A DNA stretch of 63,389 nucleotides, the filler included, from Craspedostauros australis (lineage: Eukaryota), in NCBI GenBank assembly GCA_030167865.1. It is 7 parts of 7 records of this genome, joined end to end, with 100 filler letters (N's around TTAATTAATTAA, not from the genome) between each part and the next. Parts side by side here need not be neighbours in the genome. Positions count along the whole stretch, not along the records: positions 1 to 28,714 come from JALAGF010005897.1; positions 28,815 to 33,161 come from JALAGF010005899.1; positions 33,262 to 44,759 come from JALAGF010005900.1; 4 more parts are not named here. One strand, written 5' to 3'. Under the pieces are notes generated by a model. The model did not search any database and was not told the DNA's origin. It was given only the letters and a program-made list of their open reading frames with translations. Below, piece by piece: positions 23,372 to 34,560 of the stretch (position 1 is its first letter; the number at the start of each line of letters is the position of its first letter). The position numbers and the translations under genes were made by a program.

Positions 23372-24255
23372 GGTTGATGTTGATGTTGATGTCCGAGTTG
23401 TCCTCGATTGTTCGAATCAGCCGGAGTTCCTCAATCAGCCAAAACCGCTCCAGTTCCACGTTTCATGTGCTCGTATCGTATCTTTGTGAGAGGAAACCAA
23501 GGAGATGGAGACGAAGGGTGGAGGCAGTTGTGGTTGCTACCACACTCCAGTACCACCGCCTCTATTTTGCACGTTGCGTGTTGTCGTTCGGGTTGTCGCT
23601 GATGTTGGTTGATGTTGGTTGATGTCCGTTCGTACCTTGATGTCGACCGATGATGCTGTTCTTCGCCAAAGATCCACGAACCAAATGATAGAAAATATCC
23701 ATCACCCGGATATTCGCAATTGGATCCCGTCAAGTACGAGTCATGAACAAAGAGAGAAGACTGGATCGAATACCTGGAGCAAAACAAATTGTATTATGCG
23801 CCTATTAATGTACCTGAGACCCGGAAGGACTCACGATGACTTGGATGACCGTCGCAAAGAAGCGCACATCAAGCCGTTGGGAAAACCGAGAAAATCAGCG
23901 CAAAACCATGGTGAAACGCACCACAGAAACACCCAATGCCGACCCTCCTTGTTGGAACTACACCAAGCTGCGCTTGCACCGTTGCAAGGGTCTGTCTCAT
24001 TTCCATTCCTCGTCCACTTGACGCAACGCTATTCTGCATCGGCCCAGCTGCACGCATCGAACCTCAAGAAGCAACCGCAGAGAGAGATAGAAAGACAGAG
24101 ACGGCGGACGCAGCTGTCGATTCAAGTGGCTTGCAGCGACTTTGAAACACCATCAGAGCGGACAACATCGGAGTGCAGGACTCTGGTTGCATTCCATTCA
24201 CTCGCCTATCGCAACCGAGACCTCCAGCAGCGACGACGGCAGCGGCGAAGACATC

Positions 24256-26188
24256 ATGCAGTTCCCCAGGCCATCAAGAAAGAAGATATCACATTCTCTG
24301 TCATCTTCGAAGTATGCAAGGCAGAAGCAGGATTCGGGCACCGTGAGGATTGCCGCCATGGCAGTGGTGCTCTTCGTGGTTGGCTACATCGTGCTCGGCA
24401 ACGTGGTCCTGCTCAAGGGAGGATCCGATGCGACCGTGGCGGGGGCTGCAGCCGGGGGAGGTTCGCAACAGGCGCAGAACGCCAGACAGCAGACTCCAGT
24501 CAAACCAATGGCGGAACCATCCCAGAAGCACCATCTCATCTTCTCAACCAGCTGCCACTTCAAGCAGGACTGGCAATCCTACGTCTTCTTCCACCAGGCC
24601 ATGACTCATGGCCAACCGGGCGATGTCACGCGTATCGTGTCCGGCTGCAACGACGAGGACAGAGCGGCGCTGGAGGCATTCCATGCAGAAAAGATCAAGG
24701 TCATGTCCGATCGTTTCCACGTGCACTTCACGCCGGACTTCAGCCAGCGCACGGGGGCCAACTTCCAGCTGACCAAGTACTGGAACAAGGTGGGTTTCAG
24801 CAATGTTGGCAGAAGTGGCAGACAGAGAGGGATGCCTTGGCATGGCTTGTCATGATGCCACGTAACGTGATACATCTTCACTTGGTTTGCGTACTCGTTC
24901 ATGGATGTGGTTTGGTTTCGTCTGTCTTGACGCGCCATGTGAGGTGATCGTGCGCTGTGCTGCTTCGTTGTGTTGGAGCGCAGCAGACTTTCAATGGTTG
25001 TGCGTGAAGCTTCCACCCTGTTGCATTGCTTCGCAAACTTTGTCTCAAAAAGGGGTCGTGCATGTGTTTGCAATCCTTGATCCTCTACTTACAAATGACG
25101 CCATACACCACACACCATGCTTGTGGCTTTGAAATCACCGCAACTGCGAACGATGTCACCATCGCAACCATCATCATGGCCGTTGCACGCAGCCATTCGG
25201 AGTCCGACATTGGCTGGAAAACGTCTTTGGCTACTCCCCAGAAACTATGAACACAGATGCCGATGACGACATTATCATTCTGGTGGATCCAGACATGCTC
25301 CTGCAGAGGGCGATCGTCAATGACTTCAGCGACGTTCCCTTGAATACATGGACGACTTACTTTCAGAAAAATCCCAGCGTCGTTCACCCGAAGGTGGAGC
25401 AGGGCAAGCCAATCTCGCAGATTTATGGATTCGGAAAGAGCTGGTTTTCCAGCGTCAAGAAGGATTTGAAGCATGTTGTGGGAGATGATTCGCCAGTCCA
25501 CTCGCTGTCGATGGAGGATGCGGCCCGTTTCTACCCCGCCGGACCACCCTACATGGCCACGGGACGCGACATGTACAACATCGCCCTGCACTGGACGCAA
25601 TTCACACCGCGAATCTTCGATCTCACACCAGTCTTCATGTCGGAAATGCACGGCTACTCCATGGCGGCGGCACATCTCAAGCTGCCGCATCAGATGGCCA
25701 GGGGTTTCATGGCATCCAACGTCGCGCTCAGCAGCCTCGAGGGATGGGACTTCCTCGACACCATCGATCCTCTGGACATCTGCGACATGGGCAAGGATCT
25801 GCCCGACCGACCACTCGTCATCCACTTCTGTCAGCGGTACGCCTTGGGTGAATTCTTCCAGAGCAAGTACAAGACGCACCATGAAATCCTCACTTGCGAC
25901 CATCCCCTGCTGGAGCAGCCGCCCAAGGACGCTGTCGCTACCACCAACTATTCCCACTATGGTAACGGTGACATTAAGAAATGGTCCGCCGGCCAGCTGC
26001 AGACGAAGAAACGCCACGGCTTCATGGTCTGCCATATCATGGATGCGCTCAACGGTGCAGCGACGTGGTTCAAGGATCATCACTGCCCCGATGGCGCCAA
26101 CTATGAAAAGGTGTGGAACTTCTTCCGCGACGAAGGCGACGATCTCGTCAAGAAGCAACGCAAACTGGAAAGCAAGCGACAGCACTGA
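24256..26188 (+). CDS. Type II Golgi glycosyltransferase of the hydroxyproline O-arabinosyltransferase / peptidyl-serine galactosyltransferase-like family; 2 exons
   Basis: Exons 24256-24789 and 25193-26188 join as YWNK|PFGVRHWLE. N-terminal TM (IAAMAVVLFVVGYIVLG). Motifs FSTSC...DWQS, GDVTRIVSGC, HFTPDF, LVDPDM (DxD), GPPY, SEMHGYSMAAAHLKLPH, IHFCQRY. Confidence 0.85.
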
Positions 26189-26603
26189 ATCAGCGACGTG
26201 GCATGCCTATCCAGCATTTCATCCTGTGAGCTTTGCACAGTACTGGACAAATATGTTTACGAGTGCGTGCACGAATGTGTGCACGAATGTGAACAACATA
26301 CTGTACTCCATGCCATTTGGAACACAATGCAACGCACTCCAAAAAAGTATGTAAATACTCTACTCTACTATACGCTGTACTCTCGTACTCTCACCCACAC
26401 TGATCTGTTCTTGTGGTCGAGTGCAAGCCGTTGACTGTCCAAGTATCCAAACCATCATGTGGTCTTGTGTCGAATTGAGTGCCGTCGTCTCCTTGCCAAG
26501 CTGTGAACAATCGAATCGGGCACCACCTATTGCTTATCAGGGCCAGACCTATACCAGTTTGTACATAGTCGAATAACCTTTCCTCTCTCTCTCTGTGGTG
26601 AGG

Positions 26604-27851
26604 TCAACCTTCGCCGACATGCTTCAACGCTTCGCGCTTGCTGAGCGATGCCATGCCATACTTGTGCTCTCGAACAAACTGCTGCACCCAGTGAGGTTCG
26701 AACCTGGCATAATCCCTCAACGCCCACCCCACCGCCTTTTCGATGAAGAAGTCGCGTTCCGGCAACAGCATAATGAGGGTTTCTTCGAACAATGCCAAAT
26801 TCACACGCTTCCCATGCTTCAGATGTGCCAGCAACGACGCCCGTCGCACCCACTTCGAGGAAGGATTGGTGCGCCATTCGATGAGATATGGTTCCACATC
26901 GTCGCGGTGTTCCAAGAGCATCCGCCCCACCAACATTGCGACGGGGTCCAGCGTATCCCACCAATCCGCCGTATGCACCATGTGTGAAACCAACGGCAGC
27001 ATGTCGGGAGTGGCAAAGGTCCGGAACAGCTTGGCTTCGCGGCTGGCGTATCCGGCGATATCCACAGCCGCGTACATCTCTTCTCGTCCGCCGAGCGGGT
27101 TTGTCCACAGTTCGTGCACGATGAATGCGTAGTCCTTCGATGTGGTGATGGGATGCTGAGCCAGCGATCGTTTGAGCATCTCTCTGCGAGGTTGCGACTT
27201 GATACCGTACATTGGATTGGTGGTCTTGAGGTAGCTTTGCATCTTCGCGGCATAGGCATCTTCGCGGTTTGACTCCAGCTGATCACGAAAGTGCCGTAGG
27301 AACGCCAAGGATGACTCAGATGATGAGACAGCCATCGTATGTGTCAGCGCCAGCGGTCGGTCATTGGAAGCTGCTGCGTCGTTGCCGTCGCTATCGCCAT
27401 CGCCGCCGCTCTTCCTTGCCATGGTTGTGATGGTGCTCATCCTTGCGCTTCGACGATGGCACGCAATATTGTTGCCATACGTGCATGAGTGCGAGTACCC
27501 CAAAGAGGACCCCTGTGCGAAGTCAAATTGATCAGCAAGCACCATTGATGATGTCGCTGCGGGCGTGGACTGCAGCGTGGAGACTGACGCGATGCTTCTG
27601 CTGCAGACAGGAGGACAGCTGAAGGCCTCAGGCACGCCGACTGCTGCGGCAACCGGAACTAGCGTTCGAGTCCAAGGAAGAGGAGTGGGCAGGTCTCTGT
27701 TGGTGGTGGTGAAGGCAAACGCAACCAACGTCCGGGAAAACGAGGAAAGCGAGGGTGACGCGCAGTTGATGTGTTGGAATGAAGTTTTGACGCTATGTCG
27801 TCCCCATCGCTTCGCTTGGGCGGTTGCGGAAAGATGGCGCAACCAAATCAT
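26604..27851 (-). CDS. alkD: DNA alkylation repair protein (AlkD-like HEAT-repeat DNA glycosylase) with long N-terminal extension
   Basis: Motifs AAKMQSYLK..MYGIKSQPRR, REEMYAAV, WWDTLD, WVRRASL, FFIEKAVGWALRDY and REALK are typical of AlkD. Intronless. Start codon uncertain (27851 or downstream Mets). Confidence 0.85.
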   Translation of the reverse strand: MIWLRHLSATAQAKRWGRHSVKTSFQHINCASPSLSSFSRTLVAFAFTTTNRDLPTPLPWTRTLVPVAAAVGVPEAFSCPPVCSRSIASVSTLQSTPAATSSMVLADQFDFAQGSSLGYSHSCTYGNNIACHRRSARMSTITTMARKSGGDGDSDGNDAAASNDRPLALTHTMAVSSSESSLAFLRHFRDQLESNREDAYAAKMQSYLKTTNPMYGIKSQPRREMLKRSLAQHPITTSKDYAFIVHELWTNPLGGREEMYAAVDIAGYASREAKLFRTFATPDMLPLVSHMVHTADWWDTLDPVAMLVGRMLLEHRDDVEPYLIEWRTNPSSKWVRRASLLAHLKHGKRVNLALFEETLIMLLPERDFFIEKAVGWALRDYARFEPHWVQQFVREHKYGMASLSKREALKHVGEG

Positions 27852-28512
27852 GAAGGATGTGTCGGAGATGTACTGTCGACGGCTGACCCTTCTTGATCTC
27901 GATAACAATCGTGACGTCTTTGGGATGGATGTTGTACCCGTGTTCTCGATACGGCATTGCAACTTTCGTGAGTTGACGACAGACCGAAGCTCGTCCCTTG
28001 TTGTCGAAGCTTTCTCTCCGCAGCGAGCAGCAACGACTGTCGTGGTGAGACACGCCGAGTGACGGGTTGGGAGTGCTTGTGCTGTTCTGTCCCAAAGAGA
28101 GGCAGTCGTGCTGTCCGCTGCATCCGTCCTCTCGTGTTCGCTCTCTCTTTCTCTCTCTCCCTGTTTGCGTGTGTGTGCGTGAGTATCGCAGGTACCGATA
28201 CTCGCGCGTTCGCGAGGCGTGAACCGTCCACGGCACGATGTTTGTTGGTCGCTGTTGATGTTCGCTACTTGGCTTGGCTCCTGTCCGCGATTGTCTTCTT
28301 GTTCCGTGGAGGTTCCACGCTGGAATCGCGTTCTCATTTCATAACTGGAACACCCAACATTTTGTCCGATTTTCACTTTTCTAGCTCGTGACCTAATTTA
28401 CCGGGACTTAATAAACTGCGTTGAGACAGAAAAGTGAATCGCCTGAAATCCTGAAAATCGTAGATAGGGTTACGCTATTGTTCTTAATTGTCGTTGGTCC
28501 AGGCACGAGAGA

Positions 28513-28700
28513 GACCGGACAAAACCGGAGAAACTAGGTCAGACCGGACAGACCGGACAAAACGACCGGACAGACCGGACAAAATGACCGGACAAACCGG
28601 ACAAACCGGACAAAACGACCGGACAGACCAGACAAACCGGACAAAATGACCGGACAGACCGGACAAAACAAACGAATCAACCGGACAGACCGGACAAAAC
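28513..28700. repeat. Irregular minisatellite of ACCGGAC cores (14 exact copies plus variants, mostly 9-13 bp spacing)
   Basis: ACCGGAC repeated with AG/AA/AAAATG/AAAACG spacers up to the contig end. Confidence 0.9.
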
Positions 28701-28714
28701 TCAAGAATTTATCG

Positions 28715-28814
28715 NNNNNNNNNNNNNNNNNNNNNNNNNNNNNNNNNNNNNNNNNNNNTTAATTAATTAANNNNNNNNNNNNNNNNNNNNNNNNNNNNNN
28801 NNNNNNNNNNNNNN
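28715..28814. other. Artificial contig linker (44 N + TTAATTAATTAA + 44 N); identical linkers at 33162-33261, 44760-44859, 49458-49557, 58803-58902 and 60206-60305
   Basis: Six identical 100-nt blocks. The 12-mer gives stop codons in all six frames. Confidence 0.95.
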
Positions 28815-29541
28815 GGAGCTTGTTGATGCGCTTGTTTGACTGGAATAGCTTTGCCAAGCTATCACAAGTGATATAGGTGCGGAAAAAGGATACTTCGGCG
28901 ATTCTGCAATTGTTTGGAGACAGCCATCTGCACAAATCAGCGCCCCCATTGGCGAGCTCACAGAAACTAAACGAAACGTATTTCGAGTTTTGGGAGATGT
29001 TGAACATGAGCTTGTCGCAATCAACAAGATCACATGACCACAAATCCACACAATGTGTCACAAGAGGGATATCGTGGAGCTGCTTCATCTCCACGAAGCT
29101 TTGAGGCAAGTGGATGCCTTCGTCGGATGAAGATTCGGGTGGGTGTTCGACAGCCAATCGAACTACGAAGCGAATCGCTTGCTTGTCTTCTTCTCCGAAT
29201 TGGTCCTTGGTGTCGAATTCCAGATTCAGGGATCGAATGCCCATCCACCACCAGCCCCTGCGAGACGAATCGCTCAGCAGAACATGAGGTGCTAAAGCAA
29301 TGTGCTTGTGCCGCTCCACCATCGATTCCAAGTCAGCAAAGGTGAATCCTGCTTTGATGGCCATGTCCCAGTATTCCATCCGCTTGGGTGTGACGCTGCA
29401 GCATTCAACCTGCTGTCTTGGATGACTCTGCACATTGAACACAGTCTTCGGTGACAGCTTTTCTTGATGGAGTTGTTTCCAGAAAATGTTGAAGTCTGGA
29501 TCATGATCGCTGTTGGTATTGGTGTTGGCGACATCATCCAT
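28815..29541 (-). CDS. RNI/LRR-like hypothetical protein, N-terminal part (runs off contig B)
   Basis: The ORF is closely similar to 48612-49457 (HDPDF..FWKQLH, KRMEYWDMAI.AGFTF, LVDCDKLMFNISQN, GGADLCRWLSPNNC). Periodic LxxLxL-like pattern toward the C-terminus. Confidence 0.65.
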
Positions 29542-30819
29542 GTTGCGGTTCGTCCTTTTCTTGTCGTTGCTGCTTATTGCTGTTGGTGGTACAATCGTAC
29601 GAGTAGAGTAGGTAGAGTAGGCAGAGCTGGTAGAGTATGTAGTCCCAAATCAGTTGAGCCTGGATGTCGATTGTGAGCTCATCTGCTCAAGTTGTCCTCC
29701 GTTCCATGATCCTGTGCGTTGATCACGAAGCAACGTGTCGTCAGTCAACACGCCTTCATGGACTTGCGCAGTTCCACCATGGCATGGTACGATCGTGGAC
29801 AGCCACATCATGATCGGAAGCTGGCTAACTCGCTCGCTCGCGCACACGATACGACCTTCGATGGTGCCCGACTTGGCCACGCTGCGGAGTTGGGGGAGTC
29901 AACCACGATACCATACGAATGCATACTATGTGCTTCGGCATTTGGATGTTGAACGGCTTCGATGGGCGGATCCGCGATGTGCAAAACTCACCACGATGAT
30001 TCCTTCCGTGGACATCAGAGGCGTTTCTCACGTTTTGTCCAGAACGCGGCGATGGCGATGATGGTGACACCACTCGTGTTTCAATCGACAACAAACGTAT
30101 CCAGGACTCATCTCGCTTCACCCAATCGTTGCGAACTCTGTGGCGATGATGATGGCCATGGTGGTGGCGCTGTTGCAGAGATCGCTGCAGAATACTGATA
30201 CAGATCGTCACAACCGCAATGCTCACATGATGATCACCGTTGCCATCAAGTGTCTATCCACCGAGTACGATACCAACACTCTCTCTCTCGCTTCTCTCTC
30301 TCTCTGCTTCGAGAGAGAGACTTCGAACGATGCCGGCATTTTGACTTGGTTCCTCACTCATTGATCGCCCAACCACAGAGACAGCCGCAACCAGAAGAAT
30401 CACAGCAATGGCACCAATGGCGCCAATGGCATCGTTGATGCATCAAAAGAGGATGCTTGATGTCATCTGCATTGCGTGCATGTTGGTGGCAACGAACTCA
30501 TGGTCATCGCCATCACCGACACTTTTCTTCCGTTATAGATTGAGGACCACCGACGGCCATTTCCTCTGGCAGGCCCAGCAATGGCAGCAACGACACCATC
30601 ATCAACATCAACCACATTGTGTATCCCATCGCATCGCATCAGCCCATTGCCTCAGTATGATCACTGGAGAGAGGGAGATCAGATCCACCACTGGACATTG
30701 GACATTGGATACTGCACCATCGGCAAGTACGTTAGTCACAAACAGGCCGTCCATTGGACATTCAACATTGTGCGATTGAACGATTGAACGAAGCAACAGA
30801 GCGGATCATTCTCAAAACA

Positions 30820-30900
30820 ACACAACAGAAGACAACAGAAGACAACAGAAGACAACAGAAGACAACAGAAGACAACACAAATCGATGGAAGACAACAGAT
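30820..30900. repeat. 10-bp tandem repeat (GACAACAGAA) about 5 copies
   Basis: Directly visible immediately 5' of the ATG at 30885. Confidence 0.85.
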
Positions 30901-32513
30901 TCTCATTCACCAGCAAGGCTTCACGGTCGTCCTCCTCCACGTCTGGCATTGAACGCAAGACCGGTCACCAGTACAGCCTCAACTCTGCGCCATCACCAAG
31001 CTCCATGTCGTCATCGGCAGCATCATTGCCCACCGGCCACGCTTCCGCCTACACCTCCAAGTACATGGACGACCTGGGCAGCAAGCAGCAGACCGTGTAC
31101 AGCGATGACAATGAGGCAGAGTTCTCCATGCACTCGCAGCAGGACTTCGACGCCGACATGGTGGACTCCATCAGTGCGAGGAGGGTGGTGGACAGCGACG
31201 ACGAGCCCTTCGACGAAGGCTTCGAAGAAGGCCTGGACGACGACATTGACAGCGACAACAGCGACGACGATGAAGGTGCCGACGCCAACAGCCGCAGTCG
31301 CAGCCACAGTCGCAGCCAGAGTCACAACGTCAGCGCGGGTGCCGGCGCCAACACGCAGNNNNNNNNNNNNNNNNNNNNNNNNNNNNNNNNNNNNNNNNNN
31401 NNNNNNNNNNNNNNNNNNNNNNNNNNNNNNNNNNNNNNNNNNNNNNNNNNNNNNNNNNNNNNNNNNNNNNNNNNNNNNNNNNNNNNNGGACGACTCCATG
31501 CGAGACGACTCCTTTCATGACGAATTCCGTTCCACATCCGACCAGCACCCACGTGCGATCGGAACATCTCCAAACACCAACACCGCGACAGCCAGGACGC
31601 CCCCGCCGGCCAGAGGCAGCCCCAACGCCTCCTCCAACGGGGGGCTCGTCTTTCGGCTTCTCCTCCGCCAAGAGCATGTCCTCCATCCGCCAGGAAGGTG
31701 GACTGGAGTCTGTCGTCGAAGGCGAAGAGAGCGACAAGACGGAGCGACCGTCCACCAGAACTGTCAACAAACGCAAGCCAGGCGAATTCGGTGCCCATTC
31801 CAATGGGGATTCCGGGCTCTTCTCTTCCATGGTCTCCGCCAAAAANNNNNNNNNCCCAGCGCACGGCCGCCACCTCCAATTCATCCAACAGCAACCACGG
31901 CAACCAGGACTCCACCAACTCCCTTTCCAAGGAATCCAACCACAGCAATGTGGACATGGACATGGACATGGACATGGACGGTGAGGATCCACCTTCCACC
32001 AAAGACCCAGCCTCAACGTACATCTCCACATCCGCCAACCGCCTCATAAGCGGCAGTTCCGCTTCAGCCGGGGTGGTTTTGGACAAAAGCCAATCCACTC
32101 ATTCCGCCATCCTCCTCAACGAGACCAACGACACCAACGAGGACATGCCCACCCAGCTCGTCTCGCGCACCAACTCCATCGAAATATCCATCACTCCCAT
32201 GATACCCACAACTGATCTGACGCAAACCATCACCCAAGATCCACAAGTCAAGCAACTCACGCGAAAAGAATCCATCAGACCCTCCAAGGGATCCAGCAAG
32301 CATCTCGATCTGAAGAACGTGGTCGAGCAGGACACCGGCAACACCACAAGCATGCATTCCGTCGACATTGAGGCACAGACGGCCACCACCACCACAAAGC
32401 CGATGTTGCAGGAACCAGCACCGAACAAAAGCAACAGCATGGTCCCCGTCGTCATCGTGGCTGTCCTCATCATCGGCGGTGGCATTGCAGCAGGTGTTGT
32501 GCTGGCTGGCTGA
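30885..32513 (+). CDS. Ser/Asp-rich low-complexity protein with C-terminal transmembrane helix (interrupted by N gaps; possibly truncated)
   Basis: Coding-like codon usage in 30885-31358 and 31489-32513. Ends MVPVVIVAVLIIGGGIAAGVVLAG-stop. Frames across the gaps cannot be confirmed. Confidence 0.6.
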
Positions 32514-32817
32514 AACATCAGTTTTGTTTTGCGACTCTCGCTGCCGACGCCTCTGACTTTCGTTGACCGCAAGTCAACCATGTCGATCGTCGGAGATAGA
32601 GTATTCCAAATAGTAGTATCGTATTATAGTATCATGGTGACTCTCGTTGCTTTTTGGTGTTGACGGTGCGTGGTTTCTCGTCATCGCAGATGCATCAGTT
32701 TTGTGGTCTTTCCAGGAACGCGCACGGGCATGGACATATTCGACTCGCTTACAGTCAGTGGAGATAGACGAGAGTAGTTGTCCTACAGTTGTTTAAGGTG
32801 ATACGGCATCGCATCAA

Positions 32818-33161
32818 TCATTGACACACCTTTCTTTGNTTTGTGGACACCGAGCGCCAATCAGAAGCTCCGTCGCTGCGGCGAGATTTCTTCTGCCGTT
32901 GCTCATCGGCACGACGATCGTCCCATGTCTGTTTCAACATNTCACTGCACTGCAGCAGAATGTGAAAAGTCTCGTTCGTGGAACCCATTGGATCAAGTCT
33001 ACTCCGACGTTTGTTTGTGCTCATCAACATCTCCCCAAACAGGGCCAGTGGTCGTGACCATGTTGGAAGGGAACGTGGCATTGCTCTCACCATGTTCCGC
33101 CGCAAGGTACGTTCAACAAGTACATTGTACACATGGCCATGTTCGCCAGGCGGGAGTAGAT
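32818..33161 (-). pseudogene. C-terminal fragment of a repeated protein family, homologous to 44860-45272 (probably the LRR-like gene 3' end)
   Basis: Shares SLPTWSRPLALFG.MLM...ETFH.LLQ.S.MLKQ.WDD.RA with 44892-45272. Confidence 0.6.
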
Positions 33162-33261
33162 NNNNNNNNNNNNNNNNNNNNNNNNNNNNNNNNNNNNNNN
33201 NNNNNTTAATTAATTAANNNNNNNNNNNNNNNNNNNNNNNNNNNNNNNNNNNNNNNNNNNN

Positions 33262-33589
33262 GTGGAGTACCTCATCGAATCATGCAGGGCTGACATCAAC
33301 TGTAAAACCAACCATGGTTCCACTCCCCTTCATTGGGCATGCTACAACGGCCACCTGGAGTGCGTGGAGTACCTCACCGAATCATGTGAGGCGGACATCA
33401 ACTGCAAAGATGACGATGGTGACACTCCCCTTCATTGGGCATGCAACAATGGCAAGCTGGAGTGTATCGAGTCCCTCATTAGAGGACTTTCGCCTTCAGT
33501 TCACCCACAACTGCAACAACGCTTGCAACAAAACGAGCAAGAGAATGAACAACCACAAGAACAGTTGGGACAGCAGTTGAAGCCGAAGG

Positions 33590-33623
<34 letters not shown>

Positions 33624-33705
33624 GTCGAGACACCAGTTGAAGCGGAAGAAGCAAGAGAATGAACACAAACACAGTAACCACAAGAGGACCAACGTCAGCA
33701 TTTGA
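33262..33705 (+). CDS. Ankyrin-repeat protein, C-terminal part (5' end lost at contig edge)
   Basis: Ankyrin repeats GSTPLHWACYNGHLECVEYL and GDTPLHWACNNGKLECIESL. Q-rich tail. Paralog at 62061-62729. Confidence 0.85.
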
Positions 33706-33739
33706 GAAGACCGCCTCAGATCTTTCTAAACTGGGAACA

Positions 33740-34560
33740 GGACAGACAACATCTTCTTGTGTGGACAAGGCGACGAACAGCAACTAACCAAGGCAAACTC
33801 CGAAGTCCTCATGATCAATGTCCCACCCATTGAGACACTGATCGACAAAGGAATCCGACATCAGCACGCGAATGATGACACCGAAGACGGTGCGGCTCCA
33901 TCCAAACAACCATCCCTCTTCCCAACCTCCAACCAAGGCACGTCCGATACGTCCTCCAATGCATCTACACAGGCAAGATATCCTTGAATGACAGCGCTCG
34001 TGACAACGCTGCTGCGCATGTCGGTGCTCATGCTGATGCTCACCACAATACAGATGCCTCTCACCAGTCAACTCCCATCCTCACTGGACAGGATGATCTG
34101 CAACAGCTGATCCTTGTGGCCAACGAGTTTGGCTTCTGGCGACTCAAGCTTGTTCTTGAAGTGGAGTTGGCCCGCAAGCATTTCACAGAAGACAGCATGA
34201 TAGATGTGTTGATATTCGCTCATCAGCACAACTGCGTGGTGTTGAAGGATATGGCGATGAGAATGGCAGCTGAAAGTGAGAAGGATACGTTCACTCATCT
34301 AGATTCAAGCAAACTGATTCTACAACCTCAACTGATGGGAGGCATTCATATCCTCCGCGATGGGGGAGCGGAGAGTGATGGTATTGATGATGAGTACAGC
34401 NNNNNNNNNNNNNNNNNNNNNNNNNNNNNNNNNNNNNNNNNNNNNNNNNNNNNNNNNNNNNNNNNNNNNNNNNNNNNNNNNNNNNNNNNNNNNNNNNNNN
34501 NNNNNNNNNNNNNNNNNNNNNNNNNNNNNNNNNNAGCTCTATGAGAGCCAATTGATCCGA
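33740..34560 (+). pseudogene. Degenerate BTB/POZ-like gene
   Basis: Frameshifted pieces: IRYVLQCIYTGKIS-like, LILVANEFGFWRLKLVLE, VLIFAHQHNCVVLKDMAM. These resemble the BTB C-terminus/BACK-like helix pattern. Paralog at 61300-62030. Confidence 0.6.

Noticed and set aside
25085..26185. Long antisense ORFs (also 7442-8359, 53417-54211, 55558-56454)
   Set aside because: They are shadows of GC3-rich coding strands and carry no recognisable motifs.
28513..28700. CRISPR array
   Set aside because: The repeat core is only 7 bp with mostly 2-6 bp spacers, there are no unique 25-45 bp spacers, no cas genes, and the context is eukaryotic.
28759..28770. TTAATTAATTAA as a biological target site or piggyBac TSD
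   Set aside because: It is always centred in exactly 44+44 Ns and gives stops in all six frames, so it is an assembly linker.
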